A stretch of 39,539 nucleotides of DNA. It comes from a virus. The notes beneath the pieces are model-generated. The model saw nothing but the letters and a program-made list of their open reading frames with translations, did not search any database and was not told the origin of the DNA. The position numbers were made by a program, and so were the translations under genes. The DNA lies in the UHGV virus genome UHGV-0102636. One strand, written 5' to 3'. How positions within the stretch are numbered: position 1 is the first letter of the stretch; each line of letters opens with the position of its first letter. This document shows positions 34,326-39,539 of this stretch, piece by piece.

Positions 34326-34393
34326 TACTTAATTAGGAGTTCTCGAGATTTAAGGGCCCACTCGTTCTCCTTTCATTTATTCAAAAAACTATT

Positions 34394-34807
34394 TTATTGC
34401 ATATCATTTAATTCTGGTATTCTATAATCACAAATGTATTCTACTGCCATAAACAATACATCTATCAATGTATTTGAATGATTTTCCCATATAGGCGATA
34501 CATCTATGTCATTTGCTGCATCTTCTAAATTTAGTAACTGAATACACCATCTTTCATCTACTGTATAGATATTCATTTGTGCAAACTCTCGTATAAACTC
34601 TATCAACTGTCCTTCTGTTAGTAATGGTGTATTTGCATCGCCTTTTAGTTCTCTAACTGCGTCAAGTTGACTACTTCTATAAATCAAAGTAGGATCTCCG
34701 TCTAACGGAACGTATAAATCCATCATTTTTGGTTGCCACCACTTTAGTAACGTATATTGAGTTGCCATTGACGCTCTATTAAATTTTGCTATATCAATAA
34801 CTTTCAT
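34394..34807 (-). CDS. Hypothetical protein
   Basis: WWQP, PLLTEGQLIEFI; likely ATG at 34807. Confidence 0.7.
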   Translation of the reverse strand: MKVIDIAKFNRASMATQYTLLKWWQPKMMDLYVPLDGDPTLIYRSSQLDAVRELKGDANTPLLTEGQLIEFIREFAQMNIYTVDERWCIQLLNLEDAANDIDVSPIWENHSNTLIDVLFMAVEYICDYRIPELNDMQ

Positions 34808-34827
34808 GTTTTCACCTTCCCAAAGAA

Positions 34828-34968
34828 CTATTTGTTTGATTTGTGGTAGCCACAAATTACTGTGTCGTGCACATTGCATATGTGATTTGTTATACTACAA
34901 ACCAAAACATGTCTACCATTTTCTTTTAATGCTTTTAGGTTCTTACAATCACCACATTTTTTTAACAT
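34828..34968 (-). CDS. 46-aa Cys-rich protein
   Basis: Not in track; MLKKCGDCKNL...LVCSITNHICNVHDTVICGYHKSNK. Confidence 0.55.
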   Translation of the reverse strand: MLKKCGDCKNLKALKENGRHVLVCSITNHICNVHDTVICGYHKSNK

Positions 34969-35007
34969 TGTTATTTACCTTCCCCAAAGAATTATTTTAT
35001 TTGCTTA

Positions 35008-35181
35008 CTACACAACCTTAAATCTTGTTTCTTCATGGCTATTTGCATCTGCAACACCTGTTACTCCATCTTCCACATTCTCATAGTACTCTTCTGCTTT
35101 TCTTATAGCTTCTGTCTTGCTGTCTGCATCAATTTCTAGCTCATACTTATAAATATCTGTTATTTCTATCTTGTACTTCAC
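35008..35181 (-). CDS. DpnD/PcfM-like small protein
   Basis: Not in track; MKYKIEITDIYKYELEIDADSKTEAIRKAEEYY. Confidence 0.7.
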   Translation of the reverse strand: MKYKIEITDIYKYELEIDADSKTEAIRKAEEYYENVEDGVTGVADANSHEETRFKVV

Positions 35182-35205
35182 GTGCCAACACCACCTTCAA
35201 AAAAA

Positions 35206-35394
35206 TTATTTTATGGTTTCAATCTCTTGCTCTATTACTTCCAAATATCTTTTTATTATGCTTACTTCATTTTTAAGATACCTAGTATCTTCTAAATGCA
35301 ACCCTTCTGTTTCAACAAGTGTTGCACCTAGCATTATATTATTAGCTCTATCTTTTATCATTTCAGCATGTATTGATACTTTCTTTGGATTCAT
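35206..35394 (-). CDS. Hypothetical protein
   Basis: 62 aa, SD AAGGGGA. Confidence 0.6.
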   Translation of the reverse strand: MNPKKVSIHAEMIKDRANNIMLGATLVETEGLHLEDTRYLKNEVSIIKRYLEVIEQEIETIK

Positions 35395-35419
35395 ACTATC
35401 CCCTTATAAAACTTAGATT

Positions 35420-36391
35420 CTACTTGCTAATCAGCGTTGCTATATTCTTAAGCCTTACTTCCACCGTTCCATTCGGATTAGTAATGATTTCTACAGCATC
35501 GGGATCATTAAGTATTTGAACAGGTAATTTAATTTCAATACCAGTATTTGTTTTCAACTTGTGAGTGGTATATTTTTTACCTACTTTATAAGCTTGTTGT
35601 AATTCAATAGCCTCTTCTGTTATACCTTGTTCTTCAAGTATATCCATACAAACGTTTATGATTTCTTCCCTATCGCCAAATGTATCATGCAATACATCCT
35701 CTATCATGATGCTACTTGTACTCTTAATGCTTTTAGCTAGATTACTTTTAGCAAAAGAAAGTGCCTCTATTTTATTCTCAAAGTTTTCCTCAATGGCTTC
35801 TGTAATAACTTTTTCTACAACATTGATTTTCTGTTTTGTAGAAAGAGGCGCCGTACAACCTAATAATGTGTGCACATATTTCTCTTTATGAGTATCTAGC
35901 AAAAGGATATTCATTTTCTCTATATTGATAATAGCTGCCTCTTGAATTTTGCTAGTGCTCTCAGGAAATATACTCTTATGCTTTATGATTTGATTACTCT
36001 CTACACTGTGATCCATTGCATGAGTGTATGCTTCTTTATAGTTCAGTTTAATAAATGCCACATATGGTACTGCATCACGTTCAAATTGAGTAATAATCAA
36101 GTCGCCACTTGGAATGTTTTCAAATGTTTGTAGGTATGCAAAAAATTGGTGAGCCATATCACATGAGAAACTATAAAAATCTTTAATACCACTTTTAATA
36201 ACCTCTAGCCATGGTGAGCTGTCTTCAAACACTGCTTTAGCCATGCTATGATTTTCAAATAGACCTACTACATAACTTGTAATATAAGCCTCTGTATCAT
36301 CTGTTAAGGTTAAGCACTGTTTAGATAACAGTGGCCTATCTAATGACGCATCTAACGTGTGCATAATTACTTGTTTAAATATAATACTCAT
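35420..36391 (-). CDS. Nucleoid-associated protein (NdpA/NA37-like)
   Basis: IMHTLD, IPSGDL, IKLNYKEAYTH, LKTNTGIEIKLP, NPNGT. Confidence 0.8.
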   Translation of the reverse strand: MSIIFKQVIMHTLDASLDRPLLSKQCLTLTDDTEAYITSYVVGLFENHSMAKAVFEDSSPWLEVIKSGIKDFYSFSCDMAHQFFAYLQTFENIPSGDLIITQFERDAVPYVAFIKLNYKEAYTHAMDHSVESNQIIKHKSIFPESTSKIQEAAIINIEKMNILLLDTHKEKYVHTLLGCTAPLSTKQKINVVEKVITEAIEENFENKIEALSFAKSNLAKSIKSTSSIMIEDVLHDTFGDREEIINVCMDILEEQGITEEAIELQQAYKVGKKYTTHKLKTNTGIEIKLPVQILNDPDAVEIITNPNGTVEVRLKNIATLISK

Positions 36392-36496
36392 TTTTATCCT
36401 CCGTTCTGGTACCGACAATAATTATTTTCATTCAATGTTTAAAATCTTTTTGTTCTGTTAATAATCTAGTCATAAAATTAATATGAAAAGAGGTCC

Positions 36497-36640
36497 ATGA
36501 ATGGTTATTAAAATACTAATCAATATTTTTCTTTAATATCTCATCTGGGGGCCCTTTGGCCTCCTAAGATATTAAACAACCATTCATTAATATCACTTTT
36601 AATCTAAAAAAGCCTTCGAGTAAATTGATTGCTCGAAGGC
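36497..36640 (+). ncRNA. Structured intergenic RNA candidate plus hairpin
   Basis: Nested ATGAATGGTT/AACCATTCAT, TTTAATATCT/AGATATTAAA and GGGGGCC/GGCCTCC, then GCCTTCGAGTAA/TTGCTCGAAGGC. Confidence 0.45.
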
Positions 36641-36677
36641 ACTTTCATTTCTTCAAGTAATCAAAATTTACTCTTAT

Positions 36678-36998
36678 CTACTCGCCATACTTTAAGGCAT
36701 TTGCATTTCTAGTAATTGTTTCCCATGTATTTGCAAATTCACAAATTCTATGTGTCTTTGGAACCACCATTCTTACATTGTCATTTTTGAAATCCATTAT
36801 TTCTTTTGTTATTCCTAAAGACTCCATGCTTATATAACAATCTCCACATCTGCATATCCTTTTTGCTTCTTCCTTTGCGTATAGCCCTGCTTTGTTCAAA
36901 TCAGTAGAATAACCACATCCATTCTTCCCCCAAAACAACACATCACTATAGCTATTCCAATACCTAAGTGCTATAATCAAATACTTTTTCTCTTCCAT
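36678..36998 (-). CDS. Hypothetical protein
   Basis: LFWGKNGCGYSTDLNKAGLY; SD GGAGGGG. Confidence 0.75.
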   Translation of the reverse strand: MEEKKYLIIALRYWNSYSDVLFWGKNGCGYSTDLNKAGLYAKEEAKRICRCGDCYISMESLGITKEIMDFKNDNVRMVVPKTHRICEFANTWETITRNANALKYGE

Positions 36999-37015
36999 CC
37001 TAACCCCTCCACTAC

Positions 37016-37189
37016 CTAGTTATTTTTGCTTGCATATACATAATCTAAATTCTTGCATCCCATTAGCTTTGTAAGTTGATCTTGATGTATCTCTGCAACT
37101 ATTTTTACTCCGCCACCTTTAGATGTTCTATCATCCTCTATGTAGATCATGCCACTATCTTTATGACATTTTCTTAATCTGATTTTCAT
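37016..37189 (-). CDS. 57-aa hypothetical protein
   Basis: Not in track; SD AAGGAGG. Confidence 0.6.
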   Translation of the reverse strand: MKIRLRKCHKDSGMIYIEDDRTSKGGGVKIVAEIHQDQLTKLMGCKNLDYVYASKNN

Positions 37190-37214
37190 AGTTCCTCCTT
37201 ATAAAAAATTGATT

Positions 37215-37379
37215 TTACGAATTGTAATATGTAACTCTTGTTCGAGTATCTTCCTTGCATTTCTTAAGGTATCTCTTTGCATTTTCTTTTACACTTTGTA
37301 CCTCATATTTATCTGCTTTACCTGATAATACTTTTTCTAACTGTTCTAAGTACCTTTCTGTTACAGGATATTTTTTCAT
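37215..37379 (-). CDS. 54-aa hypothetical protein
   Basis: Not in track; fills the gap in the early operon. Confidence 0.5.
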   Translation of the reverse strand: MKKYPVTERYLEQLEKVLSGKADKYEVQSVKENAKRYLKKCKEDTRTRVTYYNS

Positions 37380-37394
37380 TTATTCTACTTCCTT

Positions 37395-37763
37395 CTATAC
37401 GTATTCGAAACGCAATTTAGATGCTGTCATATATCCATTTCTGCACTTCATTGCATTTTCAAGGGCCTTAAATGATACCCAATTATCCAATGCTGCAGTT
37501 TCTATATTTTCATATATCTCAATTAACTCTCCTGTATCATAATCTAATTGTCTAATTCTACGCTTTGTTTTATAAATGCGTTCTTCAGCATACTCAAACC
37601 TTAATTTTTTACTAGGAATAAGTCCGTTTTGAGTCTTAATCGAATACCATATATCGGATTTTCTAAGATTAAATTTACTATTTGCTTCAGATACAGAGTT
37701 AAAAGTTTCAATTATTTCACCTGTATCATAATTTAATCTGTTAACTTTCCTTTGAAACCCCAC
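37395..37763 (-). CDS. NUMOD1-repeat DNA-binding protein
   Basis: Two repeats, YDTGEIIETFNSVSEA and YDTGELIEIYENIETA, each ending LRFEY. Confidence 0.75.
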   Translation of the reverse strand: MGFQRKVNRLNYDTGEIIETFNSVSEANSKFNLRKSDIWYSIKTQNGLIPSKKLRFEYAEERIYKTKRRIRQLDYDTGELIEIYENIETAALDNWVSFKALENAMKCRNGYMTASKLRFEYV

Positions 37764-37777
37764 TTTTAAATCCTCCT

Positions 37778-38101
37778 CTAAAAAAATGTTAATTGCTTCT
37801 CTCCAAGTTCATCTACAACTTCTTTTAAGCCTTTGAATGTATCTTCTGTATATCCTACAGACTGTTTCCATGCCTCATCCTTATGCATTTCAGCAACATA
37901 CATAAATAATGCTGTTTCTTCAGCATTCTTCCCCACATGATACATGCAGCATACTTTTAAAAGTCCTTCATAGGCAGATTGATCTCTACCCTCTTCAATT
38001 TGTCTTTTAACTGCCTGCATCCATTCTTGTTTACTTATTTTTGTATTATCTAGTAGATAATAATTATTGCCTTCTCTTTTACCTAATCTAAGGTTGCTCA
38101 T
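37778..38101 (-). CDS. Hypothetical protein
   Basis: 107 aa; overlaps the upstream gene stop (ATGA). Confidence 0.7.
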   Translation of the reverse strand: MSNLRLGKREGNNYYLLDNTKISKQEWMQAVKRQIEEGRDQSAYEGLLKVCCMYHVGKNAEETALFMYVAEMHKDEAWKQSVGYTEDTFKGLKEVVDELGEKQLTFF

Positions 38102-38427
38102 TTATTCAACACCCTCCCCCATAAGCTTCTATTTCTTAACTTATAATTTTCTTTTTCTAGCTCTTCACTATTGTCAAGTGCAGTTTTAAGCCTAAAGTGT
38201 AGTTCATCATAAGCTATCTTAATCTTACTGATTTCATCTTTATATTCTTTTTCTTTTCGCTGCCATTCTTTAACTTCTTGTAAATGAGCTTTTTGCATAT
38301 CAGTATTTTTAGCTGAATAGGTTAAAGTTAATTCTCTGTACTCTTCGCTTAGCTTCTTTTCTGCATTGACCTTTGCTGTTAATGCACCATTATTATTTTT
38401 TAGAGATTTAACTGTTACTAATAACAT
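38098..38427 (-). CDS. Coiled-coil hypothetical protein
   Basis: Heptad-rich, ends RSLWGRVLNK. Confidence 0.7.
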   Translation of the reverse strand: MLLVTVKSLKNNNGALTAKVNAEKKLSEEYRELTLTYSAKNTDMQKAHLQEVKEWQRKEKEYKDEISKIKIAYDELHFRLKTALDNSEELEKENYKLRNRSLWGRVLNK

Positions 38428-38500
38428 TTTTACTAGTTAATTTTTTTCAAGTGCTTCATCCTTAAGTTGTTTTCTATTCCAACCTTGGTATTCTGTTTTC

Positions 38501-39151
38501 TTATTTTTCACTTTCATTACCTCCTAATTTATTTAAGATATCCCTTACATTAGCCATGCTCTTTAGTGTTTCGGGATCTTGATTCCTTTCGTTTATGTCG
38601 AAATAAATGTCCTCTTTTATTTCAATCTGAAGCTTATCTTTTTGTTCATTTTGCAGATTATATTTTTTTATCTGATCTGTGAGTTGAACCCCCAATGACT
38701 TCTCTTCCCTAGTGCTCCTGATTGCACTCTCCATAGCTTTATTGAATTGTCCTCGTATTACACTTACCTTTTCGGCTTCACATATTGCCAAAAAACCACC
38801 TACATATTGAACAGCTTTTTGAACTTGTGCTGGTAAGCTTTGCATAGCTTCTTCGCATCTCATATATCCGTAATTACGTATAGCCTTTTCAACTAAGCCC
38901 CATCCTTCTTCTGCATCAACGTGTATAGGCATATCAATATCTGCATAGGATTGTCTTAAATTTTTAATACTTGGGAACTCATATGTAGTAATCATCTTTT
39001 TAGTAGCTAAAGCTAATTTTGTTGCATCTAAATCAATTAAATTGTCATACCACACACTCATCTGCAACTTGTTAGTTAGGTCTAGCTTCGTATAAGGATA
39101 TGCTGCTGCTATAGCGGTCATTATTTTTTGAAAATCCATTGAAGATAGCAT
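38501..39151 (-). CDS. Replicative helicase loader/inhibitor (G39P-like N-terminus)
   Basis: IAAAYP..VWYDNL.DL..FPSI, AEEGWGLV.KAIRNYG; directly after the initiator. Confidence 0.8.
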   Translation of the reverse strand: MLSSMDFQKIMTAIAAAYPYTKLDLTNKLQMSVWYDNLIDLDATKLALATKKMITTYEFPSIKNLRQSYADIDMPIHVDAEEGWGLVEKAIRNYGYMRCEEAMQSLPAQVQKAVQYVGGFLAICEAEKVSVIRGQFNKAMESAIRSTREEKSLGVQLTDQIKKYNLQNEQKDKLQIEIKEDIYFDINERNQDPETLKSMANVRDILNKLGGNESEK

Positions 39152-39539
39152 TAATTTGCACCTCTTTCTAAATAGCTCATGTCGATTGACATAGGATCCA
39201 TAGTTGGTTGAATCGGTTTATTGTAAGCATTTTGATTTTTTAATGGGAAAAGCCCTTTATATCCATTTTCAATACTTTGCTCAATTATTTTAATCTTTTC
39301 ATAATCATCTTTCCCTAGAGCATCAAGTTTTTTGATAATCATTTTAGCTGCTTTTAATGTAATTGTAGATTTAATTTCTTTTCTAAACTCTTTAAAGTCA
39401 TTTAGAGATTCTAGCAATGCTCCTGATGCATAGTTTTCGAATACATCATCAACACTCTCTTTATTATTAAGTGTATTATTCTTTGTATTATTAAAAGATG
39501 TATTATTATATAGGTCTTTTTTGTCCGTAGGGGTGAGGT
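39151..39539 (-). CDS. Phage replication initiator, C-terminal part (joins 1-349)
   Basis: Open frame from the junction; NNT repeats then FKEFRKEIK...IIEQSIENGYKGLFPLK. Confidence 0.88.
   Translation of the reverse strand, partial: LTPTDKKDLYNNTSFNNTKNNTLNNKESVDDVFENYASGALLESLNDFKEFRKEIKSTITLKAAKMIIKKLDALGKDDYEKIKIIEQSIENGYKGLFPLKNQNAYNKPIQPTMDPMSIDMSYLERGAN

Noticed and set aside
525..37542. Most plus-strand ORFs in the track (e.g. 525-752, 2686-2985, 3146-3418, 4921-5217, 8854-9162, 24744-25043, 33784-34104, 37255-37542)
   Set aside because: Antisense shadows of well-supported minus-strand genes, with no recognisable motifs.
38596..38602. Second TGTCGAA Spo0A box
   Set aside because: Inside a coding region with no promoter context; a 7-mer is expected by chance.

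Overview
The window looks like a complete, circularly permuted ~39.5 kb genome of a temperate contractile-tailed phage from a low-GC Firmicute, probably a Clostridia-class host (inferred). The two ends join seamlessly inside an iteron of a replication-initiator gene. It has an HK97-type head with terS/terL/HNH, a PBSX/Xkd-type tail, a lysis cassette and an early region. No integration module is visible. Instead there is a second, plasmid-type replicon (Rep with DnaA boxes and an antisense/attenuator leader), a ParM/ParR/parC partition system, and a short tyrosine recombinase with Xer/lox-like sites, which together indicate a phage-plasmid. Four signals stand out. (1) A ~430-nt plus-strand multibranched structure (5864-6291) with paired ends and its own promoter converges on an operon encoding a MOBC/Replic_Relax nuclease, an FtsK ATPase, a membrane protein and a 17-aa micropeptide; a second plus-strand rod flanks the other side. 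(2) A LexA-box-controlled 36-aa peptide, and a 52-aa peptide in the cro position, both resemble the C-terminal helices of a repressor that lacks an autocleavage domain, suggesting a mimic-antirepressor induction switch. (3) A papain-like protease fused to a cell-surface domain heads the lysis cassette. (4) A second plus-strand structured RNA candidate lies at 36497-36640. All family calls come from motifs read by eye; no searches or folding programs were run.
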